From contig OY740815.1 of assembly GCA_963514005.1 (NCBI GenBank), positions 14,818,001-14,882,000 on the forward strand: a DNA stretch of 64,000 nt, read 5' to 3'. Source of the stretch: Raja brachyura (Eukaryota). This document shows positions 1-13,984 of the stretch, in pieces (within the stretch, counting starts at the first letter, position 1; the number at the start of each line of letters is the position of its first letter). The position numbers were made by a program, and so were the translations under genes. Below the pieces are notes generated by a model. It worked only from the letters and a program-made list of their open reading frames with translations, was not told where the DNA came from and ran no database searches.

Positions 1-400
1 TATGCTGTATGCGACGGCTGATGGGGTGAAAGGCGAGGACAAGGGGGACTCTGTCCTTGTTTACGAATGGAGGGAGGGGGAGCAAGAGCGGAGCTGTGGG
101 ATATAGAGTAGATCCTAGTGAGAGCCTCATCTATAATGGAAGAGGGGAACCCCTGTTTCCTAAAGAATGAGGACATCTTTGATGCCCTGGTATGGAACAC
201 CTCATCCTGGGCGCAGATGAGACGGAGACGGAGGTACTGGGAGTAGGGGATAGTGTATTTACAAGAATCAGGGTGGGAAGAAGTGTCATCAAGATAGCTG
301 TTGGAGTCAGTAGGTTTGTCAGTCAATAGTCTGTTTCCGGTGATGGCGATGGTGAGATCTAGAAACAGTAGGGAAGTGTCGGAGATGGTCCAAGTGATAT
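1..400 (-). mobile_element. Penelope-like element, RT C-terminal fragment
   Basis: Minus-strand translation ITWTISDTSLLFLDL..KPTDSNSYLD..SSHP..IPYSQYLRLRLICA..FRKQGFP..NKDRVPLVLAFHP. Confidence 0.8.
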
Positions 401-2591
401 TGATATGTTATTGATTAGTAAATTTGTCAAAAGTTAAAGAGAGAAAGCAAGAGAATGGAGCTGAGAGGAAAAGATAGATCAGTCATGATTGAATGGCGGA
501 GCAGACTTGACAAATTGAAGGGTTATGACACTCAGAATTATAATTTAGATGCCAGTGTGCCACCAGCTGAAAGAAAAATCCCAACCAGTATTTCATGAGA
601 GCTTGACACACCAGCCCCTCCCAAACACTAAAACTGAACAAACGAGTTCTACTAAACACTTCCCACTTCAGTGGGCATGCAGGCAATAAGATTCGACAAT
701 GGATTTGAGGATTACACATTTTCTGTTAAATGTACAAACTGTCTCCTCCAACCCACATAAAACCAGCATCAATTTAAAACGCATAAGGTCCTTTGTGACA
801 GGATTAACATGGGGAACGCTGCACATCAATGCATATTCAGCTGCCTGGCCTGCGACAATTTGTGGGCTGCGTGCACAGTCTAATTCCACACTGACACATA
901 ACCCTGTGCTGCACTATGAAACCACAGATGTCCACTTAAAAGAAACCTTCAAAGGTGAGAAATGGTTTAGCCAAGAACTGTATTACATTCAGCAGATGCA
1001 GACGAAGCCAGCTTTCAGTGAGGCAATAAATGGCAACATACTGCAGCTGACTGCCAGACAGACACCGCTGATCAAATATTTACCAAGGTGGAGGAGCAGC
1101 TTCACACACTGATGCACTCTGCAGGTCAGAGTCTGCGACCTGCAACACATTACATCATCTGACCTGCTTTATCTCAACGCAATCAATTCATTCCCTGCAA
1201 CGGTGCGGAGAACAGTAAGCACAGGAGCAGCCTTTCAGCCCAGGCCCGTGCCGGCCATGAAGCCAATCTAACTGATGCCACCTGCCTGCATATAGACCGT
1301 TTCCCCCTATTGCCAGCCTGTTTATGTACAGTCTAAATGCCGCTATTGTATCTGCTTCTGCCTGCTCGCCTGGCAGTGCGCTCCAGGCACCCACCACCTA
1401 CTGTGTAAAATAACATGCCTTGTACACTCCCTTTAGCCCTCCCCCCCCCCCTCCCTCCCTCTCCATCTTAGATCAGGCTGCTCAAATCTAATCACATTTT
1501 AATACCAATTTGCATCAGTCTTATTGCTCCCATTTTTCTGACAGCATCGACCGACTGGGTATAGTTTCACAAACACTGGCAAATGAGGGGGGACATTCAC
1601 ATTCCTCTGGGCTTCACATTTCATTCCTCTTCTCTCATATGACACCCTTTTATCTCCCTTTCATCTCTATATACCCATCTGTCAACAACAACCGCCCCCG
1701 CCCCCACCCCAATTACATCCATCTTTCACCCGAAGGCTTTGTCCCGCCCCGACCACCTCTCCACCCCCTACTACAATCAGTCTGAAGAAGGGTGCAGACC
1801 GGAAACGCCACCTGTCCACGTTATCCACAGACGCTGCCTGACCCGCTGAGTTACTCCAGCACTTAGTGTTTATGAGGGAACTGCAGATGCTGGTAAAATC
1901 GAAGGTAGACAAAATTGCTGGAGAAACTCAGCTGGTGAGGCAGCATCTATGGAGCAAAGGAATAGGTGACGTTTCGGGTCCAGACCCTTGAGGAAGGGTC
2001 TCGACCCGAAACGTCACCTATTTCTTCTTCACTCCATAGATGCTGCCTCACCCGCTGAGTTTCTCCTGCACTTTGTGTGTTTTGTTTTGTAAACCATTCG
2101 CGAGTCAGCATAGACAATGACTGCCAGCAACTGAGACGTTGTGAGTTCTACAACTGAGACGTTGTGTTTAAGAAGGAACTGCAGATGCTGGAAAATCGAA
2201 GGTAGGCAAAAGTGCTGGAGAAACTCAGCGGGTGCAGCAGCATCTATGGAGCGAAGGAAATAGGCATAGTTTCAGGCCGAAACGTCGCCTATCTCCTTCG
2301 CTCCATAGATGCTGCTGCACCCGCTGAGTTTCTCCAGCACTTTTGTCTACCTTCTACAACTGAGACCACAGCCAAACTCAATTCCAATGATGTCCAACTG
2401 ATCAACCCACACACACACAAGTGCTCTTTCCAACATACAGAACAGAAACGCTGGATATCCTTTCCTATTTCTTGGCCGAGGGGCGCAGAGATCGGCAATG
2501 CTGAATCGTAAACAAATCAAAAAATTAAAACTGCAGCAGGATATTTGAAAGAGTCAGTGTCAGATTCTCTCTGCTGGTGATGAGTCATTAC

Positions 2592-2715
2592 CTGTCTTCC
2601 TTTGACGATCACCTTTGAAACGGGCACTTTCACTTCCAGGTCTGAGTAATCCTGGGACCAAGTGTAGTTGTCTCTCACGGCCCCATTATAGCTGTCAAAA
2701 GTCTCTTCACATTTC
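2592..2715 (-). CDS. NUDCD3: NUDCD3 exon 3 (start of CS/p23 domain); gene continues beyond left edge
   Basis: KCEETFDSYNGAVRDNYTWSQDYSDLEVKVPVSKVIVKGRQ; taacag / gtaatg; phase matches exon 2. Confidence 0.93.
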
Positions 2716-2764
2716 CTGTTAACAAACCAACATATAAATCATCACATGTAACATGCCCCTAATT

Positions 2765-3005
2765 AGAAACATAGACAATAGGTACAGGAGTAGGCCATTC
2801 GGCCCTTCAAGCCAGTACCGCCATTCAATATGATCATGGCTGATCATCCAGAATCAGTACCCCATTCCTGCTTTATCCCCATATCACTTGATTCCGTTAG
2901 CCCTAAGAGCCAAATCTAACTCTCTCTTGAATACATCCAGTGAATTGGCCTCCACTGCCTTCTGTAGCAGAGAATTCCACGGATTCACAACTCTCTGGGT
3001 GAAAA
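2765..3005 (-). mobile_element. CR1 3' end. Similar short CR1 ends at ~5565-5910 +, 18110-18405 -, 35860-36300 -, 41590-41950 +, 42910-43190 -, 47465-47850 -, 59645-59992 -
   Basis: Recurrent TQRVVNLWNSLPQ..KRELD.AL..GIKGYGEKAGTGY* followed by a conserved 3' UTR. Confidence 0.85.
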
Positions 3006-3546
3006 GGTGCTCTGGTTTCCTTCCACATCTCAGAGACGTGCAGGGTTGTGGGCTAATTGGCCTCTGTAAATTGCCACTATTGTGTAGGGAGTGGATGAGA
3101 AAGTGGGATAACATAGAACTAGTGTGAATGGGTGATCGATGGTTGGCGTGGGCCCGGTTCCTTGCTGCAATTCTAAACTAAATTTCCATGTGCCTTCTCT
3201 TCCCTGTACCCCGACCTCCCAATCGCACCAATCGGGGGCTGGGTTGAGCCGAGCAGTTGATCGCATTGAGCAAACTTGTTCACTGTATCAGAGAGGCCGG
3301 CTGGCAGCCGCTCTTCCCACACCTGCGTGCTCTCCCGTCACTGCTGTGTCTGTGATCCTCTCTCATACACCGCTGACATTCATGTCTGACTTACGAGAAT
3401 GTCAGCTACAAACAGTGCTCAGGAAGGGGCTGCCTGCACTAATCTACTGCACAAAACCCAGTAAAGCCACCCAAGAAAAAGCACATCAACTTTCCTTCGA
3501 GCCAATCATCAGGTCTTTACATCTTGCTGAAGTGATTCAGCATGGT

Positions 3547-3687
3547 GGGGTGGGAGATTGCAACCTTCATGTGGTCCGCCCTGTTTCGAGGAATGCAATC
3601 AACCCGGCGTGCACAATCAAATAATATCAAATAGAACAAGTTGTCCTAGAACTTTAGGCTGGGCACGCCATATGCAAGAAGAAGAAG
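3547..3687 (+). mobile_element. ~141-nt HDV-ribozyme-headed short retroposon, copy A (catalytic C changed to G)
   Basis: Starts GGGGTGGGAGATTGCA, ends (GAA)n; TSD gattcagcatggt / gattcagaattgt. Confidence 0.8.
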
Positions 3688-4799
3688 ATTCAGAATTGTA
3701 TGTAGGTCAATCTGCCTCTGCCGATGGGCTCTAGTGTGTTTGAGGGTGGATGGGAAAGAGGAATAACAGGAACCTAATGCCCAGTTTGGAATGGTCGCGC
3801 TAAATGGAGTAACAGTAGGACAACGGATATTTCATTCATTGCATGGAGAAACCTATCTGGCAGATATGATATTCGGTGCTGTTACGCATAGGACTGGATC
3901 TATGATCATTTTACACGATCCTCTACAAAAAGGGCACACTAATTTAAGTTTTGTTTTACCAGAAATTTTAGACACTCAAGAAATATTACCTTACAGTTTG
4001 CGAATGATACAAATAAATTACTGTTGACTTTTAAAGAGATTACGTGACTGTTTTGTCTGCTCCAATAATGTATTTTGATAACTTTAACTGCCAATAGTCA
4101 GCTATCCAAACTACTATAAATCAATGTAACCACTAACTTAAACATGACAGAAACACTCCATTGAATTAGAGCTAAATGGAGGCTTTGAAAACGTTGCCTA
4201 AGCATTACAAGTGAATAGTTTCCTAATTTCCGCTGCTTTTTTCCATGCCTATTGTCCCTCTGTGTATTCTCCATTGACAAGATGTAGTTCACACAGCCCC
4301 TCCAGCTGCTCAACAAGAATAAGAAGGCTTGTGGCACTGAAACCTGCTTCTTCATGACACTGGAAACGCCCAGAAGGAACAAGGGGGCAAAATAGACATT
4401 GATTAATCCTTTTCGAGAACAGTTTGCACTGCCACAAAGAACAGAACGCTGAAAAAATAGCCTCTGTTCAGACAAAAGGCCAGTGTGAATCTTGATCAGG
4501 GCTGGGAGAGGGTGGGAAAGATGGCAAAAGTGTAGCAGCACCTAGGAGGGTGGAAGACAGGTTGGTGGGTGATAGCTGGAATCAGATGGGGAGAGATAGA
4601 TGGATGGGGCCTGATTTCGTTTTTTAGCTTTGTTTAGTTTAGAGATACAGCGCGGAAACAGACCCTTTGGCCCATCAAGTCCTTGCCGACCTTGGGTTTC
4701 CTCCCACATCCCAAAGACACATTGGCTTTGTAGGTCAACTTGTCCCTAATGTGCAGGGAGTGGGTGAGGAAAGTGGGATAACAGAACTTGTGTGAATGG

Positions 4800-5210
4800 G
4801 TAGACAAAAATATTGGAGAAACTCAGCAGTTGAGGCAGCATCTATGGAGCGACGGAAATAGGCAACGTTTCCGGTCGAGACCCTTCTTCAGACTGATGTC
4901 GGGATGGGTGGGGGGCGGGAAAAAGAAAGGAAGAGGCGGAGACAGTAAGCTGTGGGAGAGCTGGGAATGGGAGGGGAAGGGGGGAGACAGCAAGGACTAC
5001 CTGAAATTGGAGAAGCCAATGTTCATACCGCTGGGGTGTAAACTACCCAAGCGAAATATGAGGTGCTGTTCCTCCAATTTATGGTGGGCCTCACTCTGGC
5101 CACGGAGGAGGCCCAGGACAGTGCTGAGCCATCGGGAGATCAGGTTGGTTATTGTGAACTGAGTGGAGGTGTTGTGCGAAGCGATCGCCATGCCTGCGCT
5201 TGGTCTCACC
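4800..5210 (-). mobile_element. Penelope-like 3' fragment with hammerhead-like motif
   Basis: ORF remnant VLGLLRGQSEAHHKLEEQHLIFRLGSLHPSGMNIGF, then reverse-complement core at ~4864-4891. Confidence 0.8.
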
Positions 5211-7615
5211 GAGGTTGATCATACGCTGAATAACCATATTTTTGTTTGGAAGTGGAAAGAGATAATAGAAATTGCATTCATTGCAACGTGTAAAAAGAGA
5301 TGAGATACTGTATTGTAATTTTGCTGCATGTCATTGTGGTATATATCATGTCTTGATTGGTGAATATGTTTAGTTTGTGACTTTATTTGAAGCAGAAATA
5401 ATATGTGAATGCTTCAGTGACCATAATTCCGACTGGTAACTACGCACTTTGTCCGAGCACATTATCGCATGCGTCATGCAAGCCGTCTTAAATGTCATTT
5501 GGCAACATAAAAATCAGCCGAGGTTGCCCGGCTGGCTACAGGGAAAAAAAGTTAAGCGAGAGCCCTGATCTTAGATGCAGGAAAAATGGTCCCAATGTTG
5601 GGCGAGTCCAGAACCAGGGGCCACAGTCTTGGAATAAAGGGGAAGCCATTAAGAGAAAAAACTTTTTCACCCAGAGAGTTGTGAATTTGTGGAATTCCCT
5701 GCCACAGAGGGCTATGGAGGCCAAGTCACTGGATGGATTTAAGAGAGAGTTAGATAGAGCTCTAGGGGCTAGTGGAATCAAGGGATATGGGGAGAAGGCA
5801 GGCACGGGTTATTGATTGGGAACGATCAGCCATGATCACAATGAATGGCAGTGCTGGCTCGAAGGGCCAAATGGCCTCCTCCTGCACCTATTTTCTATGT
5901 TTCTATGAAATGCTGTTACATTGTGCATTTCCAGTTCAGACAGCAGCTCAGCGCTCGGCATCAGAAGTAAGACACAAAGGGTCTCCAGAGAGCCGCCCTA
6001 CAAATCTGCATGACCAGCAGCTTGAACGTTTCGAGGTTCTACAGAACCCATGCAGGCAGGGCAGATTAGTTTAACATGGCATCATGTTCAGCACTGATAT
6101 TGTGCGCCGAAGGGCTCGTTTCTGCGTTCTGCTGTTCTGTGTTCAAAAGAGTAGCACGGATAGATTCTGGTGTCTTCACCACAGAGAGCTAGAGGAGCGC
6201 CATGTATCAACCCAGTGAAAAAACAAATCTAACCACTTCACAGAGAACATTAGCTTTCCAAATGTAAAAGAACTGTGATTTTCCTGGAGCAAATAATGTA
6301 ATTATATTAATATTAATATTCAGTGATACAGCATGGAAACAAGTCCTTCAGCCCACCGAGTCCATGCCGACCATTGATCACCCATTCACACTATTTCTAT
6401 GTTATCCCACTTTCCCATCCACTCCCTACATATTAGAGGCAATTTAGAGGCTAGTTAACCTCGTATTTTTGGGGTGTGGGAGGAAACCTACGCGGCATGG
6501 GGAAAACATGTAATGCTACACAAAAGCACACAAGGCCAGGTTAGAACCTGTGTCTCTGGTGCTGTGAGGCAGCCCCTCTACCGGCCAGGCCACTGCACCG
6601 CCCATGATGCCTCCACACAGAAAGACATACAGGAGGAGGCGATTCTGACCATCATCTCTTTGCAGCGCTAAGCTTATCATTTCATTCAACTATCATGGCT
6701 TTACTTTTAACCTGCCAATTTTTCAAGTTTATACATAGGGCCCTTTGACAGTTATGACTGAATCTGCTTCCATCACTCTTACAGGGCAATGCATTTGGAT
6801 CTCAGCTATGTACATTTAAAAAAATCACCTCATCACACCTTCTCCAAATTATTTTAAATGAATGCCCTCAGTACATCAACACTGCCAGCAGTATATTCCC
6901 CTATTTTCTCTACCAAAGCCACAGCTTCAATAGGATCCTTAACCATGTTCAGTTTAGTTTAGAGATACAGCGAGATTACAGCAATCACAGTTCCTTTACA
7001 TTTGGAAAGCTATTGTTCTCAGATACAGCGCGGAAACAAGCCCTTCAGCCCACCGAGTCTACACCAACCAGCTTATCCCCGTACATTAACACACTAGGGA
7101 CAATTTGCATTTATATCAAGCGAATTAACCTACAAACGTGCACGTCTTTGAAACATGTGAGGAAACCGAAGATCTCAGAGAACCCATGCGGACACGGGGA
7201 GAAGGTACAAACTCTGCACAGACAGCACTGGGAGACAGTCGGGATTGAACCCAGGTATCTATCGTGTGTTTGAAAGGGAATCTTCTCTGAGCTGCCCTTC
7301 CAGTGAATCTGACATTCTTCGTCAAGTGTGACTCCCAGAATCAGTCACAATACTCGAGCTGAAGCTTCAGCTGGTATTTATTAAGAATGAGCTTAATTTT
7401 TATGAACTTAAAAAAATAAAACCTCATCAACTAGATTGAAATGTACGTGAATCTTCAGGCCTCTTTGATTCTTCACCACCTTTAGTTTTATTAAGTTTGC
7501 ATCACCAATCATGGTCTTTTTCCCCCAAAATGTAGCCATTGGATATTTTTTAAACCTCGGTTCCATCTCAGTCGGTGTCATTCTAGCTACAAGACCAAAG
7601 TTCAGTCGGGCAAAT

Positions 7616-7934
7616 AGCCCTGTCCCACAGTGCGAGTTCATTCCACCAGCTCTCCCGAGTTTTAAAAAAACCAAACTCGTGGTAAGCATGGAGAATGAAC
7701 GTAGCGGGTACGTCGGAGCTCGGGGACGTCTCTTAGCGCTAACGGCAGGTGCTCGGGAAGACTCGCCAACGACAGGTAAGCACGGGAAGACTCATGAAGA
7801 TTTTTCAACATGTTGAAAAATGTCCACGAGAGCCCCGAGTACCGACGAGTGGCCATTACCGTAAATCTCCGAGTTCGAATGAGGGCAAACTCGGGGGAAC
7901 TCGTGAAATGAACTCGTACTGTGGGACAGGGGCT
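7616..7934. mobile_element. MITE related to the Harbinger-like family
   Basis: ~27-bp TIR agccctgtcccacagtgcgagttcatt / aatgaactcgtactgtgggacaggggct; central palindrome ttttcaacatgttgaaaa. Confidence 0.72.
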
Positions 7935-8169
7935 TAAGACGGAGAGAAACAAAAACCCTGCGTGTGCACAAGTTTGCAACTGCAATGCAGCAGATTCACT
8001 GCATTGGTTAGTTGAGTGATATGGAACCCAAACACGGATGGAGGGAAACTGAGACACCAACCTATCTTGGGCTTTCATGAAAGGGATGCAGCAGCCACCG
8101 GTCTCCTCAGAACTACTACTGAGCCTTGCACCTTATTTTGTTTAAGAATGTCAGTCAGCACACACGTAC

Positions 8170-8480
8170 TTGGATGTCTCAACGTGCTCCCGTTTCACAT
8201 CTGGTGCGGCTGTAGCGCCCTCTGGTGGTACAGGATCAGCATCAACGTTGGCCGGCTGCGCTGCTTCTGCTGGGTCCGTTTTCTCAGCGCTCTGATCAGC
8301 CGCCTCCACTGCTGCAGCATTAGGTTGCTCCTCGGGTAGTGAATCCACCTCCACCTCCTGACTAGGAGATGGGACACACAACCTCTCTTCCTCCATTTTC
8401 TTCTTCTTGAGCTTTTCCTCAATATCTTTCACCCGTCTCTCATTGTCTTGAATAGAGAAATGTTCAAACTTCTTAAAAGC
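8170..8480 (-). CDS. NUDCD3: NUDCD3 exon 2
   Basis: AFKKFEHFSIQDNERRVKDIEEKLKKK..QEVEVD.. acidic linker; acceptor ttttcaag, donor gtacgt; phase 0 to 2. Confidence 0.88.
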
Positions 8481-9294
8481 CTTGAAAACAAAACAGAGAT
8501 GTGACAACATCAGACATGGGTCTGAAGAAGGGTCTCCACCCAAGCCCATTCCTTTTACCCCAGAGATGTTGCCTGACCCACTGAGTTACTCCAGTTTCTT
8601 GTGTCTATCGTCAGTTTCCATCAGCATCTGCAGTTCCTTCCTACAGAGATGTGACATTAGTTGTATTTGGTTGACTTAATTTCAAAAAGGCTGTGAACAA
8701 AAGATGTTTTCGTTAGGCAAGTGATGAGAAGGAATGCAGACAAACAGGGCAAAAGGAAGATGAGACACATACATGATCTCAATGAACCCAGTATAGGTTG
8801 GATGGGCTGAACGCCCGCCTGTCCTTTCTTAAAACACCAGGCGATTATTCTTTCACTGTACTCGTCCATGTAACTTAAACGTGAATGAATGTTTGGGCCC
8901 CATATCTGTGCTGACGCTGGAGAGGGTCCAGAGGAGGTTTACCAGAATGATCCCAGGAATGAGTAGGTTAACTTATGATGAGTTTATGATGGTACTGGGC
9001 CTCTACTCGCTGGCGTTTAGAAGGATGAGGGGGAGGGCCTCTTTGAAACTTACCAAATAGTGAAAGGCTTGGATAGAGTGGATGTGGAGAGGATATTCCC
9101 ACTAGTGGGGGAGTCTAGGACCAGAGGTCATAGCTTCTGAATAAAAGGATGTTTCTTTAGGAAGGAGGTGAGAAGACATTTCTTAAGGCAGAGGGTGGCG
9201 AATCTGTCGAATTTGTTGCCTCAGAAGGCTGTGGAGGCCAAGTCAATGGATGTTTTTAAGGCAGAGATAGATAGATTCTTGATTAGTACGGGTA

Positions 9295-10310
9295 TCATAG
9301 AATCATAGAAAATAGGTGCAGGAGTAAGCCATTCGGCCATTCGAGCCTGCACCGCCATTCAATATGATCATGGCTGATCATCCAACTCAGTATCCTGTAC
9401 CTGCATTCTCTCCATACCCTCTGATCCCTTTAGCCACAAGGGCCACATCTAGCTTCCTCTCAAATATAGCCAATGAACTGGCCTCAACTACCTTCTGTGG
9501 CAGAGAATTCCACAGACTCACCACTCTCTGTGTGAAAAAAGATCTTCTCATCTCAGTCCTAAAAGACTTCCCCCTTATCCTTAAACTGTAACCCCTTGTT
9601 CTCGAGTTCCCCAACATCGGGAACAATCTTCCTGCATCTAGCCTGTCCAACCCCTTAAGAATTTTGTAAGTTTCTATAAGATCCCCCCTCAATCTCCTAA
9701 ATACCAGCGAGTACAAGCCGAGTCTATCCAGTCTTTCTTCATATGGAAGTCCTGCCATCCCAGGAATCAGTCTGGTGAACCTTCTCTGTACTCCCTCTAC
9801 GGCAAGAATGTCTTTCCTCAGATTAGGAGACCAAAACTGTACGCAATACTCCAGGTGTGGCCTCACCAAGACCCTGTACAACTGCAGTAGAACCTCCCTG
9901 CTCTTGTACTCAAATCCTTTTGCTATGAATGCCAACACACCATTTGCTTTCTTCACAGCCTGCTGCACCTGCATGCCCACTTTCAATGACTGGTGTACCA
10001 TGACACCCAGGTCTCGTTGCATCTCCCCTTTTCCTAATCGGCCACCATTCAGATAATAATCTACCCTCCTGTTTTTGCCGCCAAAGTGGATAACCTCACA
10101 TTTATCTACATTATACTGCATTTGCCATGCATTTGCCCACTCACCCAAACTATCCAAGTCACCTTGCAGCCTCCTAGCATCCTCCTCACAGCTACCACTG
10201 CCCCCCAGCTTCGTGTCATCGGCAAACTTGGAGATGTTGCATTCAATTCCCTCATCCAGATCATTAATATATATTGTAAATAGCTGGGGTCCCAGCACTG
10301 AGTCTTGCGG
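9295..10310 (-). mobile_element. CR1 LINE, 5'-truncated, intact 303-aa RT C-terminus; inserted into an older CR1 fragment (8890-10430, + strand)
   Basis: LGPQLFTIYINDLD..SKFADDTKL..LVRPHLEYCVQFWSP..RRLRGDLIETYK; 3' tail tttctatgattctatg. Confidence 0.92.
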
Positions 10311-13300
10311 TATCAGAGGTTACAGGGAGAAGGCAGGCGAAAGTGATTGAGGGGGAGAGTTTGATCAGCCATGATTGAATGGCGGAGTAGACTTGATGGG
10401 CCGAATGGCCTAATTCTACTCTTACAAATAAAATGATCTTATGAATAGAAATTGCTCTTTGTTACATGGGTGCTATCTTGCTAATTAGTTAGCAAGATCA
10501 CTGCTCCTTGCACCTTTTGAATAAGTTACTAAAATTTATAGCACAATACAGAATGAGCTGAGGAATCCTATATCCGGGCGCTCTCATCCTTACAATTAAA
10601 CTGCTTATACGTGGAACTCTTGACACAGTAAAATGCCTTGAGGTGTTCCATTTGAGCAATTGTCAAACACAGTTTGACTTGCCCGCCGACCAGGAACCAG
10701 CTGGAAGGCTCGCGGTCGGTGGGACCTACCCCAAGGCCTGCAGCCAGTGGAACCTTGCCTGAAGGCTCGGTGGGACCTCAGCCAAAAGCTTGCGGTGTTC
10801 GGCGGGATCACGAAACCGCCCAAAGGCTCGGCAGACGGCAAAACTGGGAGAGAAATGGAGTGAGAGGCAAGGTAGGAGGATGAACTGGGGTAATGCCTCT
10901 CGCGCCTTCAGGTAGATGGCAGGAGGTGCCCCCGGAACACAAAGATGGCCGGCAGAGGAGAGGAGAGGAGAAGGACATCAGCTTGCGGGAATTGTTCCAG
11001 CACATGGAGCATGCGGGCCGACCGGACTTTGAATAATGGCGCCAATAATGCCCACGCCCGCGTGTGTACTATATGCAAAACGAATCTCACTGTGCAGTGA
11101 CATTTATGGCAAATAAAGCTGTATTGACCAGGGGATGTTTCAGGTCGGGACCCTGCTTTAGGCTGATTGCAGGAGTAGCGGGAAAGAACCGGCATCTGCA
11201 GTTGCTTGTTTCTGCACCTCAGTACATGTGACATTAATAAACCAATAGCAAAATCAAAGCTCAGGGAAAAATGGCATCTCTTCATTTTAAGGGATACTGT
11301 GTCCCGTCGTGGTTCCAGTAGAAGGATGCAGGGCTCCAGCTCCACACCTTGAGTAGCTCTGCGAGCGGCAAGGCCCTCAGACCCACCCGGCCTGCCCACC
11401 GTGGACATCAACTGGACCCACACCTGGAGGGCAAGGAGAGCGCGGAGGGCCGTCGGGGGGGCCGAGGAGGGCCGTCGGAAGCTCCTGGCGAGCGCCGTGG
11501 AGCCGTCCTAGGGAACCCGGTGGCCGAGGATGAGCCGCGTGAATGCCGGAGGTCGGGCAGGCCCGCGGTGGGTGCTGGAGATCTGTTGAGGTTGAGCAGT
11601 CGACAACAAAGAGGGAGGCAGCGTGGGGGAGCCACCGAGAATAAAGAGGGATCTAGCATGTGTCTGTTGAAAACAAGGGACCAGCAAGGGGGGACCGATC
11701 ATTGGGGACTGTAGTGAATACTTTTGTAACTTTGTCAGTGCCCTTTACATCACTAAGCTCAAGACTGGGCCTCTCTCCTCCAAACATCAATAAGCCCCAA
11801 GGCTGGGCCTCTATGCCTCCTTTTGATGGATAAAAAGTTCGATAAGCAAAATTGCCAATTATACAAAGACTGTTGTCAATGTGAGCAGTGCAGATGGAAG
11901 TATTAATTTATAAACCAATATTTATCCACTGAATGAACTGGGCAAAATATTATGTCAGATCAATGTAAACATGTGCACAAGATCATCCAGCTGGGATTTA
12001 TCGTAACAGCAAAAGTCTCGAAGACGCAGAGGTACAAAAAGTCGTGGGACAAATGTGGGCAGGTGGGACTAGCGTAGATGCGACATCTTGCTTGGCATGA
12101 GCAAGTTGGCCCACGTCCCTCCAAACTCTTCCTATCCATGTACCTGTCCAAAAGCTTTGTCAATGTTGTTATTGCACTTGCCTCAACGACCTCCTCTGGT
12201 CCCATATAGCCAGAACCTTCCGTTGAAAAAAAGGTGCCCCCCAGTCTTCTATTAAACCTTTCCCCTCTCACCTTAAGTAGCGGTAGAGCTACTACCTTAC
12301 AATGCCAAAGACCAGGGTTTGATCCTGACTACAGGTGCTTGCCTGTACGGGGTTTGTATGTTCTCCCTGTGACCTGCGTGCGATTTCTCCGAGATCTTCA
12401 GTTTCCTCCCACACTCCAAAGTCGTACAGATTTGTAGGTCAATTGGCTTGTAGGTCAATATAAATTCTCCCTAGTGTGTGTAGGATATGTTAGTGTGTGG
12501 GGATCGCTGGTCAGTGCGGACTTGGTGGGCTGACGGGCACTGTATCTCCAAACTAAACTAAACGTAACCCTATGTCCAAAATGCTGGAGTAATTCAGCGG
12601 GACAGGCAGCATCTCTGGAGAGAAGGGATAGGTGACGTTTCAGGTCGAGACCCTTCTTCAGACCGCTCTACTCCTCTCTTCGACGGGAGTTCAGCAACAT
12701 CCTCTCTCACTGAAACCTTTGAGTTAAACTTTCCTTCCAAAGATGTTTGTAGGTTAACTGGCTTGGTATCATTGTAAATTGTCCCTGGTGTGTGGAGGGT
12801 AGTGTTAATGTGCGGGGATCGCTGGTCGGCATGGACCTGGTGGGCCAAAGGGCCTATTGCCGCATTGTATCTCTAAACTAAACTAAAAGATAATCTAATC
12901 AGAACCTAGTTTACCACAGATGAACCATATGGACGGTTTAGGAATATCAAGCGAGCAGGAAAAAACTCAAGCAGTCAATTAGAAGGGGGCAATGAAATTT
13001 CATTGTCACATTGGATCAATGAAAGTCCCAAGGCTTTTTATATGTACATTAAGTACAAGTGGATAACTAGAGAGGATAACACCACTTGAGATTAAAGGAG
13101 GGAATAAATGCCTGCTGACAGAAGATGGAGATGAGGTACTACATCTGTATGCACCAAGGAGAAAGACATGGAAGGGTGAGTTCAGTGTCAGGTGCACTAA
13201 TGTGTTAGAGCAATTTGGGATCAAGGAGATAGTGTTGCTCCCTTGTCCCGTTCCTTCCCAACACCATCCACCCATCCCACTCCCTGTCCCAACTCTGCCA

Positions 13301-13984
13301 CACGCACCTCAATTTCCCACCCGCTGCTCTGCCCCCTTCCCTTGCTCCCCATGTCCCTCCCCATCCATCCCAGCCCCAATCACATCCCTCACCCGCCCCT
13401 TGCCCCTCTCCTAAACAACGACATCCACTCCTACCCCTCACTTTCCCAATTCCCCTTCCCAACTCTGTTGCTCCTGCCCTCTCTCTCCTCACTCACCAAG
13501 TCCCTCCCCATGCCACCCCCTTGCCCGTCACATCCCATTATTGCCTCCCTTGCCCCCATTTGTGCCCTCCCTCACCTCGTCACTCTCTCTAGCCCCCCCC
13601 TCCCCCCCCCCCCCATGGTTGCCTTTCTCATTTGATTTATACATTATTGGAAATGTGTCTTCGTATACATGACCATAGCTTCCTGAAAGTGTGAACACAA
13701 GTGAATAAGGTGGTTAGAAAAAGGCATGTAGCATGGACAGGGTAATGAGTGTAAAAGTTGGGAGGTTTCATGTTGTAGCTGTATATGACATTAGTTGGGC
13801 AGTGTGTTATTGGATTGTGCTGTCCTCGTTGCCATGGAAGAAGGATGGAGGCTGTGAAGAGGGTGCAGAAGTGATGTTGCCCGGATCGGGGTGTGTTAGA
13901 TATAAGGGGAGGTTGGATAAACTTGGGCTGTTTTCACTTGGGCATTAGGGGCTGAGGTAGAAGTGTAGAAGATGATGAAAGGTA

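Noticed and set aside
9387-10298. 303-aa ORF as a host gene
   Set aside because: It is the C-terminal RT region of a 5'-truncated CR1 LINE.
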